A stretch of DNA of 64,000 nt from Candidatus Iainarchaeum sp. GTDB lineage: Archaea; Iainarchaeota; Iainarchaeia; Iainarchaeales; GCA-2688035. Shown in pieces: positions 19,229-29,377 of this stretch. The translations under genes were made by a program, and so were the position numbers. The DNA lies in assembly GCA_017610205.1 (NCBI GenBank), contig JAFCCL010000007.1, forward strand, positions 57,728-121,727. Direction: 5' to 3'. Below the pieces are notes generated by a model. The model was not told where the DNA came from. It made no database searches and saw nothing but the letters and a program-made list of their open reading frames with translations. Every line of letters begins with the position of its first letter. Position 1 is the stretch's first letter.

Positions 19229-19948
19229 ATGGCTAACAAAGGAGAAGGAAAAAGTGAAAAAAGGCTTGCGGCAGGAAAGGTCGTGCCATTGCTTAGAAAA
19301 GAGCACACCTGGCACATTAAGGCAAAGCCAGGTCCACACAAGAAAAGGAACAGTGTTGCTCTTGGATTTGTTTTAAGAGACATGATTGGCATTGCAAAAA
19401 ATGCCAAGGAATCCAAAAAAATACTAAACCAGGGATTTGTTTTGGTTGATGGAAAAATTTCTAAAGAACCAAAAAGACCAGTTGGACTTTTTGACCTTAT
19501 CACAATAAACCCTGATAAAAAAACTTACAGAATTTTATTTAACAAAAAAGGAAAGCTTTGCCTTTCAGAAGAAAAGTTTGAGGAGAGGGAAAAAATTTGC
19601 AAGATTATTAAAAAACAAAGTATTGCAAACGGCAAAATCCAATTTACAACAAATGACGGACGAACATTCAAAGAAGAAAAGAAAACAGAAGCTTGCGTTG
19701 GAGACAGCCTTTTGATAAAGACACCAGAACAAAAAATTGTCAAAGTTTTAAAACAAGAAGCCAAAAAAATGGCGCTTGTTATTGACGGAAAGCACATAGG
19801 AGATGTTGCAAAAGTAAAGAAATTTGTTGCCGGAACAATGAGACGACCAAAGCTTGTAACACTTGAAACAGAAGAAGGAGAATTTGGCACAGTAGAATCA
19901 AACATTGTGATTGTTGGAGATGACAAACCAGTAATAAAAGTTGAGTGA
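19229..19948 (+). CDS. rps4e: 30S ribosomal protein S4e (eS4)
   Basis: KRLAA, PGPH, VDGK, PVGLFD, NDGRT. Confidence 0.96.
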   Translation: MANKGEGKSEKRLAAGKVVPLLRKEHTWHIKAKPGPHKKRNSVALGFVLRDMIGIAKNAKESKKILNQGFVLVDGKISKEPKRPVGLFDLITINPDKKTYRILFNKKGKLCLSEEKFEEREKICKIIKKQSIANGKIQFTTNDGRTFKEEKKTEACVGDSLLIKTPEQKIVKVLKQEAKKMALVIDGKHIGDVAKVKKFVAGTMRRPKLVTLETEEGEFGTVESNIVIVGDDKPVIKVE

Positions 19949-19953
19949 ATAAG

Positions 19954-20469
19954 ATGGATTCGGAAAATAAGATGCGTGATATAAAAATTGCCAAAGTTAC
20001 GGTAAACATGGGTGTAGGCCCCGAACCAAACGAAATGAAAAACGCACAGAAGATTATTGAAAAGCTTACCGAAAGAAAAGCCATTAAGACAAAATGCAAA
20101 GTAAGGCAGCCAAAATGGGGCATAAGACCTGGTTTGCCAATAGGACTTAAGGTTACACTTAGAAATTCAAATGCAGAAGAATTTTTAAAAAGAGGAATTG
20201 CAGCCAAAGGAAATGAGTTAAAATCAACATGCTTTGACAACCAAGGAAATTTTGGATTTGGAATACAGGAATATATTGACATGCCAGGCATAAAATATGA
20301 TCCAACACTTGGAGTGAGAGGCTTTGATGTTCTTGTAACTCTTGAAAGGCCTGGTTTTAGGGTTAAAAGAAGAAAAATAAGAAACCGAAAGGTTGGTGGA
20401 TCTCACACTATTTCAAAAGAAGAGGCAATGGAATTTGTGCAAAAAAAGTTTGAGGTTGTTTTTGAATGA
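19954..20469 (+). CDS. rpl5: 50S ribosomal protein L5 (uL5)
   Basis: KVTVNMGVG, KVTLR, FDNQGNFGFGIQEYID. Confidence 0.98.
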   Translation: MDSENKMRDIKIAKVTVNMGVGPEPNEMKNAQKIIEKLTERKAIKTKCKVRQPKWGIRPGLPIGLKVTLRNSNAEEFLKRGIAAKGNELKSTCFDNQGNFGFGIQEYIDMPGIKYDPTLGVRGFDVLVTLERPGFRVKRRKIRNRKVGGSHTISKEEAMEFVQKKFEVVFE

Positions 20470-20624
20470 GTAAAGAGAAAAGAGATTTGAAAGAGGAAAA
20501 AAAGAAAAGAAAATGCAGAATGTGCGGCACAAGACAAGCCGTTATAAGAAAGTATAAGCTGATGGTATGCAGAAGATGCTTTAAGGAAATTGCCGAAAAA
20601 ATCGGCTTTAAGAAATTTGACTAA
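20466..20624 (+). CDS. rps14: 30S ribosomal protein S14 (uS14), 52 aa, missing from the ORF track
   Basis: CRMCG...IRKYKLMVCRRCFKEIAEKIGFKKFD; lies between uL5 and uS8 with an ATGA overlap. Confidence 0.96.
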   Translation: MSKEKRDLKEEKKKRKCRMCGTRQAVIRKYKLMVCRRCFKEIAEKIGFKKFD

Positions 20625-20636
20625 GGTGGATGAAAA

Positions 20637-21029
20637 ATGAGTTTAGTTGACCCAATAGCAGATGGATTAATTGCAATAAAAAACAGCGACAGCGCTGCAA
20701 AAAAAGAATGCCTTTACAGGCCTGCGTCAAAGCTTTTTGGAGAAATCCTTAAAGTTATGCAGGCAAACGGCTATATTTCGTCTTTTGAGTTTGTTAAAGA
20801 CGGAAGAGATGGAGTATACAAGATTGGATTGCTTGGAAAAATAAATGACTGCAAGGCAATAAAGCCAAGATATGCTGTGAAAAAAAGCAAATTTGAAAGC
20901 TTTGAAAAAAGATATTTACCAGCAAGAGATGTTGGAATTATTGTTGTAAGCACACCAAACGGAGTTTTGGCTCATAAGGAAGCCAAAGAAAAAGGACTTG
21001 GAGGCCGGCTTATAGCATATGTTTACTAG
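20637..21029 (+). CDS. rps8: 30S ribosomal protein S8 (uS8)
   Basis: [24 protein letters not shown]. Confidence 0.98.
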   Translation: MSLVDPIADGLIAIKNSDSAAKKECLYRPASKLFGEILKVMQANGYISSFEFVKDGRDGVYKIGLLGKINDCKAIKPRYAVKKSKFESFEKRYLPARDVGIIVVSTPNGVLAHKEAKEKGLGGRLIAYVY

Positions 21030-21038
21030 GTGAAATTC

Positions 21039-21596
21039 ATGGTAAAAGAAACAGTTGAGAAAAAAATTGACCTGCCAAACGGCATTACTGCAGAAGTAAG
21101 CGGCAGCACTGTTTTAATAAAAGGAGCAGGCAAAGAGACAACAAAGCAATTGAAAGCAAACGGAATTTCATTTAAACAGGAAAACAATAGCATTGTTGTA
21201 ATTGGAAAGCCGGATTCAAGAAAAATTAATGTATTGATTAACACAATTGTTTCCCACATAAATAATATGATAAGCGGACTTGACAAAGAATATGTTTACA
21301 AATTAGTTATTGTTTACAGTCATTTTCCAATGAATGTTGCAGTCAAAGGCAAAATTGTTGAAATAAAGAATTTTGTCGGAGAGAAAAAGCCAAGGAATTC
21401 AAAAATTGTTGAAGGATCAACAGTAACAATAAAGGAAAAGAATGTTACTGTCAAAAGCCACAACAAGGAAGCTGCAGGGCAGACTGCTGCAAACCTTGAG
21501 AGTGCAACAAAAGTCAGAGGAAAAGACAAAAGAGTTTACCAAGACGGAATTTTTATTGTTGAAAAAGGATTGCAGGAAGAAAAGGAGAGTAAGTAA
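21039..21596 (+). CDS. rpl6: 50S ribosomal protein L6 (uL6)
   Basis: YSHFP, NFVGEK, GQTAANLE, KDKRVYQDGI. Confidence 0.98.
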   Translation: MVKETVEKKIDLPNGITAEVSGSTVLIKGAGKETTKQLKANGISFKQENNSIVVIGKPDSRKINVLINTIVSHINNMISGLDKEYVYKLVIVYSHFPMNVAVKGKIVEIKNFVGEKKPRNSKIVEGSTVTIKEKNVTVKSHNKEAAGQTAANLESATKVRGKDKRVYQDGIFIVEKGLQEEKESK

Positions 21597-21597
21597 A

Positions 21598-22314
21598 ATG
21601 ACTGAAGAGAAAAAAGCTGCACACGCAAAAAAACACGAAAAGGATGCAAAAGTTAAGAAAAAGGCAGTTGCTGAAACAAAACACGCTGCAAAAAAACATC
21701 CTGCAAAAAAACACGCTGCAGAAAAAACAACACCTGCAAAGGAAACTGTAAAAGGAAAAGCAGCAGGTAAAGAAAAAGAAAAACATTCTGGAAAAGGAAA
21801 AGAAAAACATGTTCACGAGAAAAAAGAAGTAAAAGAAAAGCATGTTGAAAAAGAAGAAGAAAAACATATTGAAAAGGAAAAAAAAGGTGTAAAGAAGCCA
21901 TATGTTAAGAAAAAACCGGTGAAGATCACAAAAAGCAAAGAAGTTAAGAAATTGTCAGCACTTGTGAGGGCAAAGAAAAGGCACATGTTTAGGGGAAGAT
22001 TTGGAAAAAGAAGCATTAGAAAGGTTAGCAAAGAAAAATGGCAGAAGTGGAGAAAGCCAAGAGGTATTGACATAGTGTTTAAGAAAGAAGACGGACTTAT
22101 ACCAGGCACGGGTTACAGGACTCCAAAAAAAATAAGATTTATCCACCCTTCAGGCTATGAAGAAAGGCTTGTTAGGAATATGAATGAACTAATAGCAATG
22201 GAAAAGGAAAAAGGAAAAGCAGCTGCAAAGATTTCCAGAACTATCGGCAAGAAAAAAAAGGAAATGATTCTGAAAAAAGCAGACGAACTTAAGATTGTGG
22301 TTTTGAACAGGTGA
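21598..22314 (+). CDS. rpl32e: 50S ribosomal protein L32e with a long K/E/H-rich N-terminal extension
   Basis: KWRKPRG, GYRTP, HPSGY at the C-terminus. Confidence 0.93.
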   Translation: MTEEKKAAHAKKHEKDAKVKKKAVAETKHAAKKHPAKKHAAEKTTPAKETVKGKAAGKEKEKHSGKGKEKHVHEKKEVKEKHVEKEEEKHIEKEKKGVKKPYVKKKPVKITKSKEVKKLSALVRAKKRHMFRGRFGKRSIRKVSKEKWQKWRKPRGIDIVFKKEDGLIPGTGYRTPKKIRFIHPSGYEERLVRNMNELIAMEKEKGKAAAKISRTIGKKKKEMILKKADELKIVVLNR

Positions 22315-22319
22315 ATTGA

Positions 22320-22766
22320 ATGAGACAAGAAAAAGTTAGGGAAATGGCAGCCAGCATTTTGAAATGCGGTAAGAATATAGTATGGCTTAACCCAAAAGAG
22401 GATGAAAAAATCAAGTCAGTTATGACAAAGGACGATATAAGGGGACTTATAAAAGAAGGCGTAATAAAGAAAAGTGGAAAGAACAGCCAAAGCAGGGCAA
22501 GAGCCAGAAAACTTCACGAAAAAAAGAAAAAAGGAAGAAAATCAGGAAAGGGAAAAAGAAAGGGTACAAAAAAGGCAAGAATTGAAAAAAAACCAACCTG
22601 GATGAAAAATGTAAGAAGTCAGAGGAAAATGCTTAAACAGTTACAAAAAGAAAAACCTGAAGCAGTTGCAAAAATTGGATACAGAATCCTGTACAAAAGA
22701 GTTAAAGGCGGCTACTTTAAGGGAAAAAAATATTTGAAAGCAGCAGTTGAAGGAAAAAAAAGGTAA
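22320..22766 (+). CDS. rpl19e: 50S ribosomal protein L19e
   Basis: AASILKCG, GKRKG, WMKNVRSQR, KGGYFK. Confidence 0.97.
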   Translation: MRQEKVREMAASILKCGKNIVWLNPKEDEKIKSVMTKDDIRGLIKEGVIKKSGKNSQSRARARKLHEKKKKGRKSGKGKRKGTKKARIEKKPTWMKNVRSQRKMLKQLQKEKPEAVAKIGYRILYKRVKGGYFKGKKYLKAAVEGKKR

Positions 22767-22772
22767 TTGAAA

Positions 22773-23333
22773 ATGGCTAACAAAACTACGTATAAGGTTC
22801 CGTTTCGGAGAAGAAAAGAAGGCAAAACCAACTATAAGAAAAGACTGAGCATGCTTAAAGGCAGAGTGCCAAGGCTTGTTGTTAGAAAAACAAACAAGTA
22901 TGTGATTGTACAGGTTATAGAATATCTTGACAAAGGAGACAAAACAATTGCCCATGCAAACAGCAGGGAACTTGAAAAGTTCGGCTGGAAGGCAGGAAAG
23001 AAAAACCTTCCTGCAGCATACCTTACAGGCTTGCTTGCAGGCAGCAGGGCAAAAAAAGCAAATGTTAAAAATGCAATCCTTGACATTGGCTTTGCCAGCC
23101 CTCAAAGAAAAGGATGGTGGTCAAGTGCACTCAAAGGTGCAATGGATACAGGGCTTAAAATTCCGGCAGGAGAAGAAGCAATGCCTGATGAAAACAGGAT
23201 TAAAGGAAAGCACATTGAGGATTTTGCAAAAATTGCCAAGGGAAAGTCTTTTGGAAAAATTAATGAAACAGATTTGAAAAATACTACAAAGATTTTTGAA
23301 GAGGTTAAACAAAAAATTTTAGGTTCGAAATAA
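22773..23333 (+). CDS. rpl18: 50S ribosomal protein L18 (uL18)
   Basis: RRRKEGKTNY, RLVVRKTN, AYLTG. Confidence 0.97.
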   Translation: MANKTTYKVPFRRRKEGKTNYKKRLSMLKGRVPRLVVRKTNKYVIVQVIEYLDKGDKTIAHANSRELEKFGWKAGKKNLPAAYLTGLLAGSRAKKANVKNAILDIGFASPQRKGWWSSALKGAMDTGLKIPAGEEAMPDENRIKGKHIEDFAKIAKGKSFGKINETDLKNTTKIFEEVKQKILGSK

Positions 23334-23346
23334 AACGGTGATTTGA

Positions 23347-24045
23347 ATGGTTATGAAGAGAAGAAAATTGAGCGCTGAAGAAAGGGCACAGAAAGCCGCA
23401 GAGAAAAGGGAAGCCGAACTTGCAAAATGGGTTCCAAAAACCGAACTTGGAAAAAAGGTTCTTGCAGGCGAAATAACAAGCATGGATGAAATTGTAAAAG
23501 GAAACAAGCCAGTTCTTGAAGCCGAAATTATTGATTATCTAATGCCAATGGAAGAAAAAATGATTGAGTTTAAGAAAACAACAAGAGTTGTAAGAGCAGG
23601 CAGAAAATTCAGTTTTAGGGTTTCTGTTTTAGTCGGAAACAAAAACGGATTTGTAGGAATAGGAACTGCCAAAGACCTTGAAAAATGGCCAGCTTTAAGA
23701 AAAGCAACAAGAAAGGCAAAGCTCAACCTTGTAAAAGTAAAAAGAGGATGTGGAAGCTGGGAATGCACCTGCGGAACGGGGCATAGTGTTCCGTTTAAAG
23801 TAAGCGGAAAGAATGCCAGCGTAAGGATTTCATTCCTTCCAGCACCAAAAGGAACAGGCAGAGTTGCAGGAGAAGCTGTTAAAGATGTCTTAATGTTTGC
23901 AGGAGTAAATGATGTGTGGACAAAGGTATCAGGAGCAACTGATACAAGACTCAATTTCGTAAAAGCAGCAATTAGCGCACTGGCACAAACAAACAAGATG
24001 AAAGTTTCTGAAGAAATTGGCAAAAAAAGCAATAGGGAGGCATGA
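23347..24045 (+). CDS. rps5: 30S ribosomal protein S5 (uS5)
   Basis: WVPKTELG, RGCGSWEC, PAPKGTG. Confidence 0.98.
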   Translation: MVMKRRKLSAEERAQKAAEKREAELAKWVPKTELGKKVLAGEITSMDEIVKGNKPVLEAEIIDYLMPMEEKMIEFKKTTRVVRAGRKFSFRVSVLVGNKNGFVGIGTAKDLEKWPALRKATRKAKLNLVKVKRGCGSWECTCGTGHSVPFKVSGKNASVRISFLPAPKGTGRVAGEAVKDVLMFAGVNDVWTKVSGATDTRLNFVKAAISALAQTNKMKVSEEIGKKSNREA

Positions 24046-24050
24046 TTTGA

Positions 24051-24506
24051 ATGTATGCTGCAATAAGGGTTAGAGGAAAAGTCAACGTTTCTCCAAACAT
24101 TAAAAAAACTCTTGAATTACTCAGGCTTGACAGGGTAAATCATCTTGTACTTGTAAAAAAAGAACAAAAAGGAATGCTTGAAAAGGTCCAGTCATTTATT
24201 ACATTTGGTGAAATAAACAACGAAACACTTGCAGCAGCAGTTGAAAAAAGAGGAAGGCTTGTTGGAAACAAAAAAATTAGCAAAGATTTTTTGAAAGAGA
24301 AAAAAATCGCTTCATTTGAAGAACTTGCAAAGTCAGTTATTGAAGAAAAGATAAAACTAACTGACCTTGGCATAAAGCCAATTTTAAGACTAGCTCCTCC
24401 AAAAAAAGGGTATGAGAGAGCAGGCATAAAAAAGAACTACAGTGTCGGAGGAGCTTTGGGTTACAGGGCCAGCGACATAAACAAGCTTGTTAAGAGAATG
24501 ATTTAA
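24051..24506 (+). CDS. rpl30: 50S ribosomal protein L30 (uL30)
   Basis: IRVRG, RLAPPKKG, GGALGYR. Confidence 0.97.
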   Translation: MYAAIRVRGKVNVSPNIKKTLELLRLDRVNHLVLVKKEQKGMLEKVQSFITFGEINNETLAAAVEKRGRLVGNKKISKDFLKEKKIASFEELAKSVIEEKIKLTDLGIKPILRLAPPKKGYERAGIKKNYSVGGALGYRASDINKLVKRMI

Positions 24507-25025
24507 ATGGTTGTAAGAAAAAGAAAAAAGCGTGTAACGAAAATGCTTGGACAGCGTACAAGAGGAAATGGAGACACAAAAAGGAGAAGAGGAGCCGGAG
24601 GCAGAGGCGGCCGTGGTTTAGCAGGCTCTCACAAACACAAGTATAGCAAGTACGCAGGCAAATTTGGACAGGAAAAGAAACAGGTAAGGTCAAGAAAGGT
24701 TGTTAGGGAATTAAACATTGACTTGCTTGTTCAAAAAATGCCAAAACTTGAAGCAGCAGGAAAAATTTTAAAAGAAGCAAATACAATTGTTATTGATGGC
24801 TCAAAAATTGGCTTTGACAAACTTCTTTCAAAAGGAGAATTGAAACAAAAGATTATTGTAAGAAATATGAAAGCAAGCAAAAAGGCAATTGAAAAAGTTA
24901 AAAAGGCCGGCGGAGAAGTTGAGCTGGAAGAAAATGAGATAATTGAAAAAGAAACGGAAGAATTTGAAGATGTTCCAGCTACAAAAGAACCAGCCGTAGA
25001 AAAAGAGGAAATTAAAAAAGAGTAA
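24507..25025 (+). CDS. rpl15: 50S ribosomal protein L15 (uL15)
   Basis: RGAGGRGGRGLAG, KLL, AGG. Confidence 0.96.
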   Translation: MVVRKRKKRVTKMLGQRTRGNGDTKRRRGAGGRGGRGLAGSHKHKYSKYAGKFGQEKKQVRSRKVVRELNIDLLVQKMPKLEAAGKILKEANTIVIDGSKIGFDKLLSKGELKQKIIVRNMKASKKAIEKVKKAGGEVELEENEIIEKETEEFEDVPATKEPAVEKEEIKKE

Positions 25026-25040
25026 TTTTAGTGATTTTAA

Positions 25041-26405
25041 ATGGGATTGCTTGATATACTGCAACCGATTTTCAGGATGCTTCCTGAAGTCAAGCCACCG
25101 GCAGGTGAAGTTCCGCTGAAGAAAAAATTAATATGGACATCGCTTGTGCTTGTGATTTTCTTTATAATGGGAAACATTACACTTATAGGTCTTGACAGTG
25201 CAAGAGCAGATTATCTCTTAGGAATTCAGACAATTCTTGCAAGCAATATGGGTACATTGATAAGTGCAGGAATAGGGCCAATTGTACTGTCATCCATTGT
25301 GCTACAGCTTCTTGTAGGGGCAAAATTCCTAAACATTGACATGAGTAATCCTGCAGACAAAGCAAAATTTCAGAGCCTGCAAAAGTTTTTTGCAATAGTA
25401 TTGTGCTTTTTTGAAGCCATGGCATATACTATTACAGGAACTCCTTTGCTTGCAAAGCCAGGTTTTCTGCTGCTTGTTATTGCACAGGTTGCACTTGGTT
25501 CAATTATTTTACTTTACCTTGATGAGGTTGTGTCCAAATATGGTATTGGATCAGGCATCGGATTGTTTATTGCAGGAGGAGTAAGCGGAGCATTTTTCTG
25601 GCAGATTTTTAGGCCACCTACACCAATAGAACCGACAGGTGGGGTAATAATGCAGTTTATTGCATCTCTTGGAACAGGGGCAAACTTTTTGCTGTTCCTT
25701 CCAATAGTTGTTGCAATTATAATTTTTGCAATTGTGGTATTTGCTGAAGGAGTCCATGTAAATATTCCGATTACAATGGGAAGAAAAGGAATGGGTGGAC
25801 GCTTTCCTGTAAAATTATTGTATGTTTCAAATCTTCCGGTAATTCTTGCAATTGCCTTGTTTGCAAATCTTCAACTTTGGGCAACTGTTGTTGAAGGCGT
25901 TCCAATTTTGGGATCAATAATGGGATTCCTTGCATGGGCTACAACAAGTCCGTTCAACCTTTTTTATGATATTATTGTAAGGATTGGAAGCGAAGGACCA
26001 ATTCAGGCATTGGGATTTATGGCACCGGATATTTTGCAGGCAATGATTTATTTGATTATTTTACTTGTATGCTGTATTGTATTCGGAATATTTTGGGTTA
26101 ATATGGGAAACCAGGGTCCTGCTGCTGTTGCAGAACAATTGCAGCGTTCAGGAATGTATATTCCTGGATTTAGGCGTGACAAAAGAATTATTGAAGGAAT
26201 TTTGAATCGGTATATTCCGACAATTACAATTCTTGGATCAATCTTTGTAGGTCTTTTGGCAGGACTTGGAAACATGGCTTTAGGCGGTCTGTCAAGCGGT
26301 ACAGGAATTTTGCTTACAGTTGGAATTGTTTACAGGCTGTATGAACAGCTTGCAAAAGAGCAGATGATGGCAATGCATCCAATGCTCGGGAAATTGTTTG
26401 GGTGA
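25041..26405 (+). CDS. secY: Preprotein translocase SecY
   Basis: GIGPIV, GIGSGIGLFI, IPGFRRD, GTGILLTV; multiple TM helices. Confidence 0.98.
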   Translation: MGLLDILQPIFRMLPEVKPPAGEVPLKKKLIWTSLVLVIFFIMGNITLIGLDSARADYLLGIQTILASNMGTLISAGIGPIVLSSIVLQLLVGAKFLNIDMSNPADKAKFQSLQKFFAIVLCFFEAMAYTITGTPLLAKPGFLLLVIAQVALGSIILLYLDEVVSKYGIGSGIGLFIAGGVSGAFFWQIFRPPTPIEPTGGVIMQFIASLGTGANFLLFLPIVVAIIIFAIVVFAEGVHVNIPITMGRKGMGGRFPVKLLYVSNLPVILAIALFANLQLWATVVEGVPILGSIMGFLAWATTSPFNLFYDIIVRIGSEGPIQALGFMAPDILQAMIYLIILLVCCIVFGIFWVNMGNQGPAAVAEQLQRSGMYIPGFRRDKRIIEGILNRYIPTITILGSIFVGLLAGLGNMALGGLSSGTGILLTVGIVYRLYEQLAKEQMMAMHPMLGKLFG

Positions 26406-26552
26406 AGGAAAATGGAAAAAAGAAAATGCGAACGGAGTGAGCATATGGCATCAAGCAACGAAGTTGCAAAGATGGAATCCACACTAGCCGAGCGCGACGG
26501 CTTGGCTGAAAAAACGGATAATTTATATTCTATTCCCTTTCCAATTAATTTA
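26406..26552. repeat. Cluster of stable small hairpins (REP/MITE-like element) after secY
   Basis: ATGCGAAC-GGA-GTGAGCAT, GCAAC-GAA-GTTGC, AGCCGAGC..GCTTGGCT. Confidence 0.45.
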
Positions 26553-26593
26553 GAGAATGTTTGTTTCCAACCGAATTTTTTTGGTGACTTTTA

Positions 26594-27145
26594 ATGGTAT
26601 TTTTAGATATAGTGATAGAAATAAGCCTGATTGCTTTGGCTGTTGTAGTCATAAGCAAGATTTTGCAATCAAAAATGATTGATAAGAAAAAGCAAAAGGC
26701 AGCACAGGCACAAATGAAAGAAAAGCAGAAAAAGATAAAAGAATTGATGAAAAACGGAGATGAGAAAAGCAAGAATGAAGTAGACAGGCTGCAAAAAGAA
26801 ATGCTTGAAGATATGAACGCAACAATGCAGGGAACAATGAAATATATGCTTTTTAGCATGCCGCTTTTCTTCGGAGCATTTTTTATACTTGGAAGCCTTT
26901 ATGGGGGAATATTATTTAATGCGCCAATTATGCTGCCAAAATTTCAGGGGTTTTTTTTCCTCAATCCATTTACCTGGATTCCGGTTGGATGGGGTTATGA
27001 AACAGGCTGGCTAAAATGGTATTTTATAATTTATTTGATTGCGTCAATTATTATTGCAGTTACATTAAAGATTAGGGAAAAAGTAGTGAAAAGAGGCAGT
27101 AAAAATGTCGAAGAAGGAAAAAAAGGTGTTGAAAATGCCGAATAG
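26594..27145 (+). CDS. DUF106/EMC3-TMCO1 (Oxa1 superfamily) membrane protein
   Basis: TM + coiled coil + TMs, GWLKWY motif; conserved location after secY. Confidence 0.85.
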   Translation: MVFLDIVIEISLIALAVVVISKILQSKMIDKKKQKAAQAQMKEKQKKIKELMKNGDEKSKNEVDRLQKEMLEDMNATMQGTMKYMLFSMPLFFGAFFILGSLYGGILFNAPIMLPKFQGFFFLNPFTWIPVGWGYETGWLKWYFIIYLIASIIIAVTLKIREKVVKRGSKNVEEGKKGVENAE

Positions 27146-27470
27146 AAGTGAAAGATCAAAGAAGACAAAATTTAGGCGGGTTGCCGGAAGCAAATCCAAA
27201 AGAATTTTTGTCAAGGAAAAAACAAGCAAGCACAAATGTGCATTGTGCAAAGGACTTTTACACGGGGTGCCACACGGAAAAACAAGTGCAGAGGTTGGAA
27301 AGCTTTCAAAAACAAAAAGGCGGCCAACAGCAGTATTTGCAGGAATTTTGTGCAGTAAGTGCAGGCATTTGGTTGTAGGGGAAGCAGCACAGGTTGAAGC
27401 AAAAGCAAAAAAGTTTGATGATGTTGAATTACGTTTGCAATATTATGTAAAAAATGTAAAGGTGAATTAA
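27135..27470 (+). CDS. rpl34e: 50S ribosomal protein L34e
   Basis: CALC..LHGVP, KTKRRP, LCSKC. Confidence 0.93.
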   Translation: MPNRSERSKKTKFRRVAGSKSKRIFVKEKTSKHKCALCKGLLHGVPHGKTSAEVGKLSKTKRRPTAVFAGILCSKCRHLVVGEAAQVEAKAKKFDDVELRLQYYVKNVKVN

Positions 27471-27471
27471 A

Positions 27472-27696
27472 ATGACTGGACTTGAAAAGGGAATGGTTTG
27501 CATTAAAACAAGAGGCAAGGAAGCCGGAAGAAAGGTTGTTATAGTTGATTTTGACAGCAAAAAGTATGAAGCGGTTGTTGACGGGCCTTTGGTTAAGAAA
27601 AGAAAATGCAATGCAAAGCATTTGCTTCCAACAGGTCAAAAAATTCCTGCTGAAAAAATAAAAACAAATATGGATTTTAAGGAGCTTTTGGAGTAG
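27472..27696 (+). CDS. rpl14e: 50S ribosomal protein L14e
   Basis: CIKTRGKEAG, VKKRKCNAKHL. Confidence 0.93.
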   Translation: MTGLEKGMVCIKTRGKEAGRKVVIVDFDSKKYEAVVDGPLVKKRKCNAKHLLPTGQKIPAEKIKTNMDFKELLE

Positions 27697-27704
27697 TGAA
27701 TTAA

Positions 27705-28181
27705 ATGGCGGAAAACGAAGAGTTTAGACATATTGTAAGGGTTGCATCAAAGGACCTTAACGGAAATTTGGCTATTTACAGGGCACTTACAAAGATAAAG
27801 GGCGTTGGAATAAGAATGGGAAAAAATCTTGCACTTGTATTTGAAAAAGAAACAGGAGTAAAATATGACAGCAAACTTGGTTCATTGGCTGAAAATTTTG
27901 ACAAAAAGTTGGAAGAAATTGTTCTAAATCCAAAAAAGTACGGAATTCCAGTATATTATTTAAACAAGCGAAAAGAATATGCAAGCGGCGAAGACAAGCA
28001 TTTGGTAATGTCCGATCTTGACTTCAATGCAAGGACAGAATTCCAAAGACTTAATGAAATAAAATCATACAGGGGGCTTAGAAGAAGCTGGGGACTTACT
28101 GTAAGGGGACAGAGAACTAAATCAACCCATAGGGGCAAAGGCGGAACAATAGGCGTAATGAAAAAGGATAATAAAAAGTAA
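27705..28181 (+). CDS. rps13: 30S ribosomal protein S13 (uS13)
   Basis: IKGVG, YRGLR, GLTVRGQRTKS. Confidence 0.97.
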   Translation: MAENEEFRHIVRVASKDLNGNLAIYRALTKIKGVGIRMGKNLALVFEKETGVKYDSKLGSLAENFDKKLEEIVLNPKKYGIPVYYLNKRKEYASGEDKHLVMSDLDFNARTEFQRLNEIKSYRGLRRSWGLTVRGQRTKSTHRGKGGTIGVMKKDNKK

Positions 28182-28196
28182 AAGAGTTGATGAAAA

Positions 28197-28961
28197 ATGG
28201 GCGACCCAAGAAAAACAAGAAAGCAATTCAAAAGACCTTTGAAAATTTGGAATACTGCAAGCCTTGCAAGGGAAAAAGTTTTGAAAGAAACTTTTGGTCT
28301 TAAGAACAAGCGAGAAATTTGGAAAACTGAAACAATTTTAAGGAAAAAAAGGCACAGTGCAAGAAGCCTTTTGGCACTTCCTCTTGAAGAAAGGCTGAAA
28401 AGAGAAAAAGAGCTTATTGGAAGCCTTTCAAGAATAGGAATTTTGAGCGAAAACGCAGGGCTTGATGATGTTTTAACATTAACAGTTGAAAGCTTTTTTG
28501 AACGAAGATTGCAGACAATTGTGTTGAGAAAAGGACTTGCAAATACAGCAACACAGGCAAGACAGTTTATAACACATGGACACATTGCAATTGACGGAAA
28601 AAGAGTTACAGCTCCAAGTTATATTGTTACAGCTAAAGACGAAGGAAAAATTGGTTATTATGCAGGCAAAAAAATGATACTAAAGCCTGTTGTAAAAGAT
28701 GTTAAAAAAGATGAAAAGAAAAAAACAATTAAGAAAAAGTTTGAAGAAGCAAAGCCTGCAGAAGCTCCAACCGAAAATGCTGTTGATGTAATGAAGGCAG
28801 TAAAAGAAGCTAGGGAAAAATCATTGGAAGAAGCCAAAGGTGAGAAAAAAGAAGAAAAGGCAACAAAAGAGCCTGCAAAAGAAAAAGCCACTGAAGAGCC
28901 TGCAAAAAAAGAAAAAAAGGACAATAAGGCAGCTGAAGGCAAGAAAGAGGTGAAGAAATGA
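28197..28961 (+). CDS. rps4: 30S ribosomal protein S4 (uS4) with a K/E tail
   Basis: [29 protein letters not shown]. Confidence 0.97.
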   Translation: MGDPRKTRKQFKRPLKIWNTASLAREKVLKETFGLKNKREIWKTETILRKKRHSARSLLALPLEERLKREKELIGSLSRIGILSENAGLDDVLTLTVESFFERRLQTIVLRKGLANTATQARQFITHGHIAIDGKRVTAPSYIVTAKDEGKIGYYAGKKMILKPVVKDVKKDEKKKTIKKKFEEAKPAEAPTENAVDVMKAVKEAREKSLEEAKGEKKEEKATKEPAKEKATEEPAKKEKKDNKAAEGKKEVKK

Positions 28962-29341
28962 ACAAAAAAGGCATTATACATATTTATGCTTCCCACAATA
29001 ATACAATGATTCTGCTGACTGATATAACCGGTGCAGAAACAATTGCAAAGTGTTCAGGCGGAGAAGTTATAAAAGCACAGCACAAGGAAGGCAGCCCATA
29101 TGCTGCAATGAAAATTGCAGAAACAGTTGCAGAAAAATCAAGAGAACGTGGAATTACAGAGGTCATTGTAAAAGTCAGAGGAACAGGCGGAAACAGGTCA
29201 AATTCACCAGGATCAGGAAGTGAAGCAGCAATAAAGAGCTTAACAAGAGCAGGACTAAGGATTATAACAATTGAAAATGTTACACCAATACCACACGATG
29301 GATGCAGGAAAAAGAAAAAGTTTAGAGGTAAGAAAAAGTAA
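28958..29341 (+). CDS. rps11: 30S ribosomal protein S11 (uS11)
   Basis: [24 protein letters not shown]. Confidence 0.98.
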   Translation: MNKKGIIHIYASHNNTMILLTDITGAETIAKCSGGEVIKAQHKEGSPYAAMKIAETVAEKSRERGITEVIVKVRGTGGNRSNSPGSGSEAAIKSLTRAGLRIITIENVTPIPHDGCRKKKKFRGKKK

Positions 29342-29377
29342 ATGGTTAAAAAACCAAAATAGGAGTTGAATTGCCCA

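Noticed and set aside
26412-26594. 60-aa ORF between secY and DUF106 as an adenylate kinase remnant
   Set aside because: No P-loop or adk similarity; the region is better explained as a hairpin element.
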